This document shows positions 1-9,889 of a stretch of 64,000 nt of DNA, piece after piece. Position 1 is the stretch's first letter, and each line of letters opens with the position of its first letter. Origin of the DNA: Gammaproteobacteria bacterium (GTDB lineage: Bacteria; Pseudomonadota; Gammaproteobacteria; Eutrophobiales; Eutrophobiaceae); the NCBI GenBank assembly GCA_965222155.1, contig CBDCTH010000012.1, forward strand, positions 1,888,001 through 1,952,000, read 5' to 3'. The notes under the pieces are model-generated. The model worked only from the letters and a program-made list of their open reading frames with translations. It did not search any database and was not told where the DNA came from. Made by a program: the position numbers and the translations under genes.

Positions 1-2223
1 TGCCTTCAATTCCTGTGGCGTATGATAAATTGTAAAATCATCTCGGGCAGTTACAATGCCGACAGAATTTGTCGGAAACAGTTCGGTAAGACGTATGCCT
101 TTGTCATACTCGGCCTGTAACCTATAGTCCTTTGGCACAAAGAAATACTGGGGTGGTTGAGGTTCGAGTTCCCTGAAGTCAATTCGGGGCAGGTCGTGAT
201 CCCACAAAAACTGATATTTCTCCTCCCGGGTCCCATACAGATCGTAATGGGCTACCTGGGCCAACGCACCTTCATTTTTCTTACCGGTCTTGATGAACAG
301 GTTAATAGATACACCTTGCTGTATGTCAAACACATTCTTGTCGGCTGAGCCATCAGGCGCGACCTCCTTCTTCTTGCTGTTGCCGTGCAAATCTATGATG
401 TAAATCTCGTCGAAACTCTGTAACAGACTCCAGCGCATACCGCGAAAGGTCGGGTTGTCCAGAAAGCTGTGGTTAGTTATGTAGGCAAGCACGCCTTCAC
501 CCGTTCGGTCGATATAGTATTGACCGTACCGGATGAATTTGACATAGTCATCATTCAGCCACTTGGGATTTTTTTCCTGTAATCTGCCGCCGCCCGGTTC
601 CCTCTTGTAGGCCTGCAACAAGCGGGTAATCCATTCTCCCTTGTTGGCCGATTCCCCGCTATAGGGCGGGTTGCCAATCACGACCATTACCGGTGTTTTG
701 AGCTTGATAGAGTCAGCTGCCTTGGCTTCGGCAGCAAGCCATTGAGAAAACATGGCGCCTCTATCGTGTTTATGTTCTTCCAGCGAGTTAGTAAGGAAAA
801 TGCGCAGACGTCTATTCTCTGTTTCGCAGCCGGTATCACGCAGTACCATTTCCAGTTTGGTATGCGCCATTGCGTATGAAGCCATTAATATCTCAAATCC
901 GTTGAGGCGCGGTATCAAATCAGAAATCACATAGCCTGGCCAGATTCCTTTCTGGTTGGCAAACCGCGTCTGATAAATGTACTGGACGATGTTAGACAGG
1001 AAGGTGCCGGTCCCGGTGGCAGGGTCAAGGATTTGTACCCGGTGTACTTCCCGTTTACTAATTTTATTCTCTCCTTGTTCGGATGAGCTTGTAGAGGTCG
1101 GAGTATCCACTTCAATGACGGTCTTGCTGGTGTCAGCCAGGCCCTGAGGCAGACCAAATCTGGTCTGCAAAATCTCATCCACCGCACGAACCATGAAGTT
1201 CACCACGGGTTCGGGCGTATAGTAAACTCCTCGGCTCTTACGCAATTTCGGGTTATACTTGGCGAGGAAGGTCTCGTAAAAATGCAGGAACGGGTCATTG
1301 CGTTGGGTGGCTTTCCCGTAATCCTTCATCAGTTCACCCACGTCAACTGCGCAGAAAAGGTCAGCAAGATCATCAACGAGCCAACTGATACGGGAATCGA
1401 GGTCGTAACCCGCTATGTACTGGAAAAACCTGCGCAGAAAGGGATTGGCTGCCGGAATCAATTCTGCGGCTTCATGGCGCGTGAAGGTATCCGGTGTAGT
1501 GTCATGGAGGCGAGCTGAGAACAGGCCATAGGCGATGGTTTGAGCATAAATATCAGCAAACGTAGCCGGATCAAGATCATGTATCAGGCGTTCTTTAAAC
1601 GCATTCAACTGGCTTAATAACTCGTCGTCCATTTCACTGATTTCATCACTCAGGCCAAGACTGTCGTTTTCCTGGTCAAGCGCATTCTTTATCACCCCTG
1701 CCAACATCCGTGTTTTTGCCGCCATATGTTTGGCAAGATTGTTTGCAGATGTGATGGTCTGACCCTGGTAGCCCCAGAAGGCATTAAGGAGAGCGGCTAA
1801 GCCATCAAAGCGTTGAGGCGTCTGTTTGACCTTTCCACCTGCGACTGTACCAATACTGACTGTAGTGATTAGCTCTCCATCACGGACCAGGCGAAACTCC
1901 AGATAGTTGGAAAAAATCAGGTTGCCAAGTGATTCTCGGTAGCGACTGAATTGCTCTTTGAATCCGGCATCATCCAGATTTTTATCAAGGTCTTTGGCTT
2001 CAATGTAACCTCGCGGGATGTTGTTGTGACTCAGAACAAAATCCGGTGCGCCGCACTCTATTTGTCTCGGTTCATTAGTGACGTTCGCTTCAGGCAGTAC
2101 AGCTTGGAGGAGATTTTGAAAGGCAGGCCGATAAGTATGCTCGGTAGCGTTGCCTTTAGCATACGAATCAGATAACGATTTCAAATAACTTTTTATTGCT
2201 GTTTGAAGTGTTTTATCGGCCAT
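1..2223 (-). CDS. Type ISP/IIG single-chain restriction-modification enzyme (N6-adenine MTase-endonuclease); 3' end runs off the window
   Basis: Hand translation from ATG 2223 (or 2235): MADKTLQTAIKSYLKSLS...ATEHTYR...CGAPDF...GYIEAK (PD-ExK), then GVYYTP, ILDPATGTGTF (SAM-binding, ~1000-1030) and VIGNPPY (661-681). The frame stays open to base 1, which is why it is missing from the ORF track. Confidence 0.88.
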   Translation of the reverse strand, partial: MADKTLQTAIKSYLKSLSDSYAKGNATEHTYRPAFQNLLQAVLPEANVTNEPRQIECGAPDFVLSHNNIPRGYIEAKDLDKNLDDAGFKEQFSRYRESLGNLIFSNYLEFRLVRDGELITTVSIGTVAGGKVKQTPQRFDGLAALLNAFWGYQGQTITSANNLAKHMAAKTRMLAGVIKNALDQENDSLGLSDEISEMDDELLSQLNAFKERLIHDLDPATFADIYAQTIAYGLFSARLHDTTPDTFTRHEAAELIPAANPFLRRFFQYIAGYDLDSRISWLVDDLADLFCAVDVGELMKDYGKATQRNDPFLHFYETFLAKYNPKLRKSRGVYYTPEPVVNFMVRAVDEILQTRFGLPQGLADTSKTVIEVDTPTSTSSSEQGENKISKREVHRVQILDPATGTGTFLSNIVQYIYQTRFANQKGIWPGYVISDLIPRLNGFEILMASYAMAHTKLEMVLRDTGCETENRRLRIFLTNSLEEHKHDRGAMFSQWLAAEAKAADSIKLKTPVMVVIGNPPYSGESANKGEWITRLLQAYKREPGGGRLQEKNPKWLNDDYVKFIRYGQYYIDRTGEGVLAYITNHSFLDNPTFRGMRWSLLQSFDEIYIIDLHGNSKKKEVAPDGSADKNVFDIQQGVSINLFIKTGKKNEGALAQVAHYDLYGTREEKYQFLWDHDLPRIDFRELEPQPPQYFFVPKDYRLQAEYDKGIRLTELFPTNSVGIVTARDDFTIYHTPQELKA

Positions 2224-2314
2224 AAAAGCTTTCATCTTCTTCGTTATCTTATTGCTTGCGGCCTGACGAAATAAATGGCCCGGATTATTTTTATCCTTAC
2301 CGATACACAGGTAA

Positions 2315-2468
2315 CAGCAGTTCCCGCTAACGCCCGGGATCGAGGGCATCCTGCCCTCGTGGAGAGCGAGACGCCCTCCCTCCCAGAGAAAAATACCCCC
2401 TTATGGTCAGAGTATGCCCGAATCCGGCAAGAATCACTCTATTGATCTAGATTTAGCGGGAGCACCTG
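2315..2468. mobile_element. MITE family A, copy 1 (16-bp imperfect TIR, 9-bp TSD)
   Basis: Ends are CAGCAGTTCCCGCTAA / TTAGCGGGAGCACCTG, flanked by the direct repeat CACAGGTAA (2306-2314 and 2469-2477). An inverted homolog lies at 39893-40073. Confidence 0.85.
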
Positions 2469-2536
2469 CACAGGTAACAGATTATATCGGAGACATAGGT
2501 TACATAATATAAGGGGAAGGCGGTTACGCTTCGCAA

Positions 2537-3838
2537 TCAACTCGCCGGCCAACTGAATGCTCTCACCGCACCTTCCGACACGGATAGTTCACACTTCACC
2601 ATTTCCCCTTTGCGTATAATGACCGGAAGCGCCGCGCCGTTCTGTTCCATCAAGGAAATATCTTCCAGGGGATTGCCGTTGACTACCAGCAGGTCGGCAA
2701 ACGCGCCTTCCCTGATACATCCCAGCCTGTCGGGTTCCATCAATATCTCGGCATTAACCGCCGTGGCTTGATGCAGTATTTCAAACGGCGCAAATACCTG
2801 CTTCCTGATAGCAAATTCAGTGCATTGCCGCACATGCTGCGCGCCGAGCAGGTCCGTGCCCAGACCCATTTTTACACCGGCATCACGCATAATTTCCAGG
2901 CCATTCATGGCTTGTCCGTAAATCATCCGGATTTTTTCCTGACTCGCAGGCGGCAGACCATATTTGGCGCCTTCTTCATACAGTGCATTCAGCACTGCAA
3001 AAGTAGGCACAACGTAGGCGCCCTGGCCGGCCACATAGTCTGCTGTTTCCCTGTCAATCAGGGTTGCATGTTCAATGCAGCGCACGCCGAACTCAACGCA
3101 ACGCCTGACGGCCTCAGTCGGATGACAATGTGCGGACACGTAGGTTTCCTGCCGCGTGCATTCATCCACTGCAGCACGAATCTCATCTTCGGTAAACTGT
3201 GTATGATGCAAGGGATCATTGGGACTGACCACGCCACCCGATCCCATTATCTTGATGCAATGAGAACCTTTTCTTAATTCTTCCCGCACCGCACGGCGCA
3301 TTTCATACGGATCATCGACTATACGCGTCAGTTTGGTCGAATAGTTACCACAGGTACAAAGTTGTTCCGAGGGGTCCACTTCCCAGCCCGGGCGCATATC
3401 TCCGTGTCCTCCTGTTTGTGACATGATCTTCCCGGCATAATAAAAACGTGGGGCGCGCACAAGTCTGTGATCTATAGCACGTGAGATACCGACATCACCG
3501 CCGCCAATATCGCGTATCGTGGTAAATCCACGTTGCAAGGTCGCATTCAAAAAAACATTGGCATACTGGGCAATATACGTCTCCGGCATCCTGGACAATG
3601 CAGTCGTATCCAGGGTAGGTATGTTTACATGGATGTGATTATCTATCATACCCGGCATAACGGTGCGGCCTTCGGCATCGACCACGTGATGCTTACCATT
3701 GCTGATATCACTCGTAGAAATTTCCTTGATCTCACCATTCGCCAACAGGATATTTGTTCGATCCGACAAATCCGGATTATGTCCGTCAAATATATGCGCG
3801 TTTTTTATAAGTATCGATTCAGTGGTCATATCAGTCAC
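2537..3838 (-). CDS. Metal-dependent amidohydrolase (Xaa-Pro dipeptidase/prolidase-like)
   Basis: Motifs MPGMIDNHIH, GFTTIRD, GGHGD, IKIM, AHCH, IEHA, GTD and GAFADLLVV. Confidence 0.9.
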   Translation of the reverse strand: MTDMTTESILIKNAHIFDGHNPDLSDRTNILLANGEIKEISTSDISNGKHHVVDAEGRTVMPGMIDNHIHVNIPTLDTTALSRMPETYIAQYANVFLNATLQRGFTTIRDIGGGDVGISRAIDHRLVRAPRFYYAGKIMSQTGGHGDMRPGWEVDPSEQLCTCGNYSTKLTRIVDDPYEMRRAVREELRKGSHCIKIMGSGGVVSPNDPLHHTQFTEDEIRAAVDECTRQETYVSAHCHPTEAVRRCVEFGVRCIEHATLIDRETADYVAGQGAYVVPTFAVLNALYEEGAKYGLPPASQEKIRMIYGQAMNGLEIMRDAGVKMGLGTDLLGAQHVRQCTEFAIRKQVFAPFEILHQATAVNAEILMEPDRLGCIREGAFADLLVVNGNPLEDISLMEQNGAALPVIIRKGEMVKCELSVSEGAVRAFSWPAS

Positions 3839-3844
3839 CTGTCT

Positions 3845-4705
3845 TCATTTTCGGGCCAATCTAAAGTCATAAAGATCATCAGCATTGATTGGAATGTCTC
3901 TGCCCTGCTCCGCACTCAGGGTATTTAACGCCGCCTGCAGCGTCTCCGGGTCTGTATATCCGTCCGCTGTGTAACACGGCAAAATCAACTCGTAGGTTTT
4001 TTCGGCAACCTCATCCGAGACGCCCATTACATCTGCCAGGATGGGATAGATTTCAGCGGGTGAATGGTGGATTACAGCCAGGCTGCGCCGGTAGGCGTTT
4101 ACCAATCCTTCCACCAGGGCCGGATCTGCCTGCGCAATCGTTTCGGTGGTGGCTATACCGGTGGTAACAAAGGTAATCTCGTCACCCAGCAAGGTCAGCA
4201 TGTTCAGGCCCAGCCATTGTATCTTCACCGGTGAGATGGCGGAGCTGATCACCGCTGCGTCCACGGCGCCTTCGCGCAGCAGACCCAGGCGGGCTACATC
4301 ATCTCGCGCAGCCAGCATCTCGACGTCATTATCCGGATCAAGTCCGTGATTGCGCAGGGCGATGCGGTTGAACCAGTATGGCGGGGCCGGCGCAGGATAA
4401 GTGGCGATGCGCTTGCCGGCGAGCTGCTCAACGGCAGCTATTCCCGCTCCTGCGTATAACCAGAACATCGGTTTGATCGTGGCAACCAGAAAAATCCTGA
4501 AAGGCACAGTCCGGGACTGAAACGCGGCAGCGCAGGCAACCTGAAAAAAATCCGCATCGGGAAGTTTGTCATCGGGGATAAAGGTTGTATCAACCAGTCG
4601 AACGTCCAGGCCCGCAGCAGCATAAAAACCGCAACGTTTGGCGACAAAATGGCAAAGCAGTTCATGGATATCAAATGCCTTGATGCCGCATTTAACGGTT
4701 TTCAT
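3845..4705 (-). CDS. ABC-type substrate-binding protein, NMT1/THI5/SsuA-like
   Basis: Patterns GFYAAAGLDV, LAGKRIA, GLDPDNDV, GAVDAA and terminal DLYDF. No clear signal peptide and no cognate permease nearby. Confidence 0.75.
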   Translation of the reverse strand: MKTVKCGIKAFDIHELLCHFVAKRCGFYAAAGLDVRLVDTTFIPDDKLPDADFFQVACAAAFQSRTVPFRIFLVATIKPMFWLYAGAGIAAVEQLAGKRIATYPAPAPPYWFNRIALRNHGLDPDNDVEMLAARDDVARLGLLREGAVDAAVISSAISPVKIQWLGLNMLTLLGDEITFVTTGIATTETIAQADPALVEGLVNAYRRSLAVIHHSPAEIYPILADVMGVSDEVAEKTYELILPCYTADGYTDPETLQAALNTLSAEQGRDIPINADDLYDFRLARK

Positions 4706-4828
4706 TTGCCTTTTTTGCCGCAGAGGACACAGAGATCATGGAGTGTTGGCATGGCAAAACCATGACAGGTTTGGAAAGGGTTTTCAAGTTAAGATACTAT
4801 GTTATGTAATACACATGGGGGTCTTCGC

Positions 4829-6097
4829 ATGAAACAACTGCTTTCTCCAATTATCCTCATCATCTCCCTGCAATCGGCGATCGCGGCAGAACCGCCACTT
4901 TACCCCTATCCTGCCCCTCAGGATATTACCCTTGAAGACATCACACCTGCTGCCATGGCTAATCTCAAGCAGCCTGGTTACGTACCAGGCATGCAGGCCG
5001 GGGAAAAGGTGCTGATTGTCACTGATCGTTCCGTTGATCCATTAACTGCAGAAGCCTTCTATGTGGCGGCATGGCGACTTGGCGCCGCTCAGGTGGACAC
5101 GATTATGCTGCAAGGCCATCTGGACGTCACCGACCCTACCGAACTCGTCTTCGAAATCTTCGAGAAAGATCCATGGCCGCAATGGGTCTGGGACGCCGCG
5201 GCCGGTTATGACCGGGTTATACCGCTGTCTTTTATCAATCCGGTTAACCTGATGGCAGCCGTCAACGTTCCTGGCACCGGTTGGAAAAACAAATGGGCCC
5301 ACGATACCGATACCGTGTTTCACATGCTCTGGAACACGCACCAACAGCGGCAACGCCTTGCCGCCAACAAGGATTATCCCGATGAACTTGTCTGGGCGTT
5401 AATCCGCAAAGGGTATGACACCATGCGCAAGGGCAGGGAATTCCACCTGACGGATCCTAATGGCACGGACTTGAGGTGGAGCCTGGATGAGCAGATGTGG
5501 AACCGATATAACGAACTCTGGGGTAATATCGTCAACAACCATTCCCCGCGCCTGCACCTGAGTGACAACCCGGATATGCAGGGCGTATTCGTATCCGACC
5601 ACCTGCATTCAGGCAGGATCCCCACGATTGAACTCACCATCGATAAGGGCAAGGTCGTCAAGGTCACAGGAGGCGGTAGGATGGGCGATTATCTGCGCAC
5701 GGCGTTTGAGGAGTACAAGGACGTCCGCTACCCCCATTTCCCGGGTCCGGGAATAAACTGGGTCGAATATGCCGTATGGGGCTTCTACCCGGCCCCCGGT
5801 TACGAACCGTTACCGGACATCCCGGATATGGCCTGGTCCGGCAAGTGGTGGACCTACAACATCGACCTGAAAGCGGGTTTGTTTCACATTGCCGTCGGTA
5901 CGACGGCAGGCGGATTTACAGCGGAATTTACCAACGAGCACGGCTATCCTGTGCATCACAAGGATTTCGTGATTTATAGGCCGACGTTAACGGTAGATGG
6001 TGAATTAATCATCGACCCCGGCCATCCCACGGCACTGGATGACCCGGAAATCCGTGCCATCGCCGCGAAATACGGCGATCCGGACACACGCTGCTGA
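4829..6097 (+). CDS. Secreted M29 aminopeptidase/NicX-like metalloprotein; C-terminus truncated by a 2-nt insertion
   Basis: Signal peptide MKQLLSPIILIISLQSAIAA; GEKVLIVTD, GTDL, GKVVKVTGG, FHIAVG...HKDFVIYRPTLTVDGE. An extra AC at ~6085 relative to the duplicate at 7485-7736 brings in TGA at 6095. Confidence 0.6.
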   Translation: MKQLLSPIILIISLQSAIAAEPPLYPYPAPQDITLEDITPAAMANLKQPGYVPGMQAGEKVLIVTDRSVDPLTAEAFYVAAWRLGAAQVDTIMLQGHLDVTDPTELVFEIFEKDPWPQWVWDAAAGYDRVIPLSFINPVNLMAAVNVPGTGWKNKWAHDTDTVFHMLWNTHQQRQRLAANKDYPDELVWALIRKGYDTMRKGREFHLTDPNGTDLRWSLDEQMWNRYNELWGNIVNNHSPRLHLSDNPDMQGVFVSDHLHSGRIPTIELTIDKGKVVKVTGGGRMGDYLRTAFEEYKDVRYPHFPGPGINWVEYAVWGFYPAPGYEPLPDIPDMAWSGKWWTYNIDLKAGLFHIAVGTTAGGFTAEFTNEHGYPVHHKDFVIYRPTLTVDGELIIDPGHPTALDDPEIRAIAAKYGDPDTRC

Positions 6098-6273
6098 AAC
6101 AGCCCTGGAGTCCGGATCAAGACCCGCGTTTCAGGTAATAATTGGCGCTTACCCCTCAGACCACGCGCTCGACCTGAGTTGCCGCTAACCCGGATAAAGT
6201 CAATATGAATATCAATTGATCTGGTGGCATATCACTCTATAATACCTGTGGTGACAGCGGGAACAATATCATC

Positions 6274-6609
6274 ATGAATGCCATCGCTCATAAAATTGAA
6301 ATCATCGAACAGAACGGCGGAATGCGCTCCAGAGATATTGCCGACATCCTCGGTTCCAGGCCTGAAACAGTATCCAGGTGAAATCAGGGTAAGGCATTCC
6401 CCCACCCGAAAACGGAGCAACTTCTGTCAGACCTGGAATACATCACAAACCAGTTGTCTGATCTATATAAACCTATGGAAGTCAAGCTCTGGTTATTCTC
6501 CAGGCAAAAACTACTACACGGTAAAAGACCGGTCGACTTGATAAGGCAAAGACAAACCGAATCCGTGATGAATGTACTCGACCAACTGCTTGATGGAACC
6601 TACGTATGA
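6274..6609 (+). pseudogene. Xre/MbcA/ParS-type antitoxin, internal nonsense codon
   Basis: Hand translation MNAIAHKIE...RDIADILGSRPETVSR*NQG...KLWLFSRQKLLHGKRPVDLI...LLDGTYV. TGA at 6379-6381 sits at the usual Trp of the HTH. Confidence 0.8.
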
Positions 6610-6624
6610 CAGGAATGCCCCATC

Positions 6625-7161
6625 TTGTCGCATGACCGTGAACTACTTGACCACCTCGCCAGTTTGGTTCCAGTCTCTTTCTCCGGCATGGTATAAAGAG
6701 CAGTACGGAAAAACCTGAAACCAATAATACCATCAAACGCAGGCGGGCGCTGGGGACCTCGGGGAGAAAACTCCATCCTGTATACCAGCCTCACGCGTGA
6801 AGGCGCGCTTGCGGAAATTATCCACCACTGGAGAATGTTGGACCCTCTGCCTTCAAAACCGATAACCTTGAGTACAATACAGGTAACAACAAACTCCACC
6901 CCCAAGTTGATTGAGGCTGATCTCACAAGTTCAGGCATAAACCTGGACAGGTACAGTCAATCTGATTACACCAGAACACAGGAAATTGGAGCAATAATCA
7001 ATTTCCTTAGCCATGATGGTCTGATAGCGCCCTCGGCACGTTGGGACTGTCTCAACCTGATGTTATTTTTCGACAATTTATCTGCCGATATGAGAGTTGA
7101 ATTGGTAACTACGGAACAAGTGGACTGGCAAACCTGGGGTAAGGAAAACGGCTTGCTGTAA
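6625..7161 (+). pseudogene. RES-domain toxin, internal nonsense codon
   Basis: LSHDRELLDHL...FSGMV*RAVR...GGRWG...LYTSLTREGALAE...GLIAPSARW. TAA at 6694-6696 lies just before the first conserved Arg. Confidence 0.8.
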
Positions 7162-7350
7162 AAACTACCCGCTATCCTGCACCAAGTAAACAAGATATGG
7201 GAATGGATTAATTTTTACTCTACCATTCTATCCATATCCCTTTGTCTTGGAAAAATAAAGTTATTCCCTTTCCTTCACAATCATTTCACGCCGATTTCCA
7301 TTTTCGATTACATCTCCCCCAAGAGTCCTAATCTATACCGAATATTTGCC

Positions 7351-7480
7351 ATTAATTTATGGGTGTCCTGAATTTCACCGAATTTTATGGGTGTCCTAAA
7401 TTTCACTCATCCTAAATTTCACTCATTAATTTATGGGTGTCCTGAATTTCATCCTTAATTTATGGGTGTCCTGAATTTCA
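7351..7480 (+). repeat. Cluster of four ~22-25 bp tandem repeats (TTATGGGTGTCCTRAATTTC)
   Basis: Copies at ~7352, 7381, 7425 and 7455, plus a partial TCCTAAATTTCACTCAT. Spacers are only a few bases long. Confidence 0.85.
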
Positions 7481-7484
7481 TGTA

Positions 7485-7774
7485 CACATTGCCGTCGGTA
7501 CGACGGCAGGCGGATTTACTACGGAATTTACCAACGGGCACGGCTATCCCGTACATCACAAGGATTTCGTGATCTATCGGCCGACGCTAACGGTCGATGG
7601 AGAATTGATCATCGATCGCGGCCATCTCACCGCACTGGATGACCCGGAGATACGCGCCGTCGCTGCCAGATACGGCGATCCGGACACCCTGCTGAAACAG
7701 CACTGGAGTCCGGATCAAGACCCGCGTTTCAGATAGTTACCGGCGTCTTCCGCTCAGGCTACGCGCTCGACCTG
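7485..7774 (+). repeat. Diverged direct duplicate of 5885-6176 (3' end of the M29-like gene plus the stop region of the convergent Mo-oxidoreductase)
   Basis: CACATTGCCGTCGGTACGACGGCAGGCGGATTTAC...CAAGACCCGCGTTTCAG...ACGCGCTCGACCTG is present in both copies. Confidence 0.92.
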
Positions 7775-9889
7775 TACCAGGCTGTCAAACACCCTCGGGG
7801 CATGCCCCATGTCGGCAAAGTCCGCGGACGAAACGACGTTGGCGGTACCATTGTTCAACTGCCGCCAGTAGCCCAGGGATGACACCACCAGACCGGCATT
7901 GACATCGTCAGTGACCTTGGCCGCGACCTCGAAGGCGCCCCGATCATTAAAGACGCGCACGTGGTCTCCTTCACTGATACCCCGCGCCTCGGCATCCGTT
8001 TCGCTGATCATCACGAACTGCTCGCCCTGTCTCTTGATCTTGTTATCCATGTTTGCATAGCAGGAGTTCAGGAAGCCATGACTCTTCGGAGCTATGATAT
8101 TCAGAGGGTATTTCTCTGCCAGTTCCGGGTTGGTCTCGGGCGCTTCCTTTGACGGCACATAATCAGGCAGACTGTCCAGCGGTTCGCTGTTGCCCGGTTG
8201 CATATCCTCGTACATCTGCCGGAATGGCGCGATGACAAAATTGCCGTTGGCGGCAGTTTCCGAGAAAAATTCACACTTGCCTGATGGGGTGGGGAAATTG
8301 CCCTCCTTATGCGGCGCCCGCTCATGCGGTTCGCCAATCTTGATGCGTGCAAAACCGTGATCGCGCAGGTAATCCACATTAATGCCCTCACAGGCCGGCG
8401 CATCCCAGTCAACAAAACGCTCCAGGCATTCACTGTCAGACCACTTGAAGCGGTCTTCATCAAAGCCCATGCGCGCGGCCAGGTGGTTGAAGATATCGTT
8501 ATTGGACAAAACCTCGCCGGGTAGTTCTGCACACTTGGTATTGTAGGTAAGATAGTTGTGCCCCCAAGACAGGATGATATCTTCCATTTCCGCCCCCATG
8601 GCAGCAGGCAGGACGATATCCGCATAGGCCGCCGTATCGGAGATAAAATGCTCGGCTGAGACCGTGAACAGGTCTTCACGCTCCAGTCCCTTGATTATCT
8701 TGTCACTCTCAGGGGCCTGGGTAACCGGGTTCGAGTTCCAGCACATCAGGGACATGACAGGCGGATCCAGGTCCATTTCGCCGGTCAGCGCCCGGCCTAT
8801 CTGCAGGTTGTTGATAACCCGCGTGCCTTCCGGAATAAGTTGAGGTTGCGATATCACGTCCAGCTTGTAGGGATGTTCCCAGAACGTCATCTGGTAAATA
8901 CCACCTCCTACCTCGCGCCAGGCGCCGGTCAGGGACGGCAGACAACTGATGGCCCGTATCGCCTGGCCGCCGCCCCAGTTTCTCTCCACCGCAACGCCGA
9001 TACGAATGGCGGCAGGGTTGTTGGCGGCATATTCACGCGCCAGGGTGCGGATATCATCGGCACTGATGCCCGTGATCTCAGCAGCCCATTCCGGCGTGCG
9101 CGTCTTGGCCCTCTCTGCCAGTTCCTTATAGCCCACGGTGTAGTTATCCACGTAATCCTGATCAAGCAGGTTCTCATCGATAATGGTATGGATCATCGCC
9201 ATGGCCAGGGCGCCGTCGGTACCGGGACGTATTGTTATATGCCAGTCGGCCTGCCTGGCGGTACGTGAACGATAGGGGTCAATCACGATCAGTTTGGCCC
9301 CTTTGTCTTTGGCCTCCTTGACAAAATGCCAGGCGTGCAGGTTGGTGCTTACACTGTTGCAACCCCATAGAATAATGTATTTGGAATAGGTAAAACTTTC
9401 CGGGTCAACGCCGCTGGTGGGCCCGTTGGTCAGTACCCAGGCCGTTGCCGACCCCTCGCCGCAGAATGTGCGCTCACAAACCGTCGCGCCCAGCTTGTTG
9501 AAAAAGGCATCCCCGCCATTCAAACCATGTATCAGTCCCTGGTGTCCGAGGTAACTGTACGGGACGATCGCCTGGGTGCCATATTCATCGATGATGTCTT
9601 TCCAGCGGCTGATCACTTCATCCAGCGCCTCATCCCAGGAAACGCGCTCGAATTGTTTACTGCCCTTCGGGCCGGTCCTGCGCAAGGGGTGGAGAACGCG
9701 ATCAGGATGGTAATGGCGTTTCTCATAATCATCGAGCTTTACGCACAAACCACCCCGCGTCATGGGATGCTCCTTATTCCCGTGCACACCGGTAAGTTTG
9801 CCGTCCTCTACTTCGAATACCATGGAACAGGTATCGGGACAATCATGCGGGCAACCGCCGTAATAAGTTTCTTTCAGTTGTGCAGCCAT
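7754..9889 (-). CDS. Molybdopterin-dependent oxidoreductase (MopB/DMSO reductase superfamily) with N-terminal 4Fe-4S motif
   Basis: CPHDCPDTC...GGLCVK, RVSWDEALD, IRPGTDGALA, TAAYADIVLPAA and a C-terminal MopB_CT domain. GGAGG lies before ATG 9889. Confidence 0.9.
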   Translation of the reverse strand: MAAQLKETYYGGCPHDCPDTCSMVFEVEDGKLTGVHGNKEHPMTRGGLCVKLDDYEKRHYHPDRVLHPLRRTGPKGSKQFERVSWDEALDEVISRWKDIIDEYGTQAIVPYSYLGHQGLIHGLNGGDAFFNKLGATVCERTFCGEGSATAWVLTNGPTSGVDPESFTYSKYIILWGCNSVSTNLHAWHFVKEAKDKGAKLIVIDPYRSRTARQADWHITIRPGTDGALAMAMIHTIIDENLLDQDYVDNYTVGYKELAERAKTRTPEWAAEITGISADDIRTLAREYAANNPAAIRIGVAVERNWGGGQAIRAISCLPSLTGAWREVGGGIYQMTFWEHPYKLDVISQPQLIPEGTRVINNLQIGRALTGEMDLDPPVMSLMCWNSNPVTQAPESDKIIKGLEREDLFTVSAEHFISDTAAYADIVLPAAMGAEMEDIILSWGHNYLTYNTKCAELPGEVLSNNDIFNHLAARMGFDEDRFKWSDSECLERFVDWDAPACEGINVDYLRDHGFARIKIGEPHERAPHKEGNFPTPSGKCEFFSETAANGNFVIAPFRQMYEDMQPGNSEPLDSLPDYVPSKEAPETNPELAEKYPLNIIAPKSHGFLNSCYANMDNKIKRQGEQFVMISETDAEARGISEGDHVRVFNDRGAFEVAAKVTDDVNAGLVVSSLGYWRQLNNGTANVVSSADFADMGHAPRVFDSLVQVERVA

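Noticed and set aside
6379-6381. TGA at a Trp position suggesting an alternative genetic code or selenocysteine
   Set aside because: Many intact genes here end in TGA, and the partner toxin is broken by TAA, so pseudogenisation is the simpler explanation.
7351-7480. Possible CRISPR array
   Set aside because: Spacers are only a few bases and partly repeat-derived, and there are no cas genes in the window.
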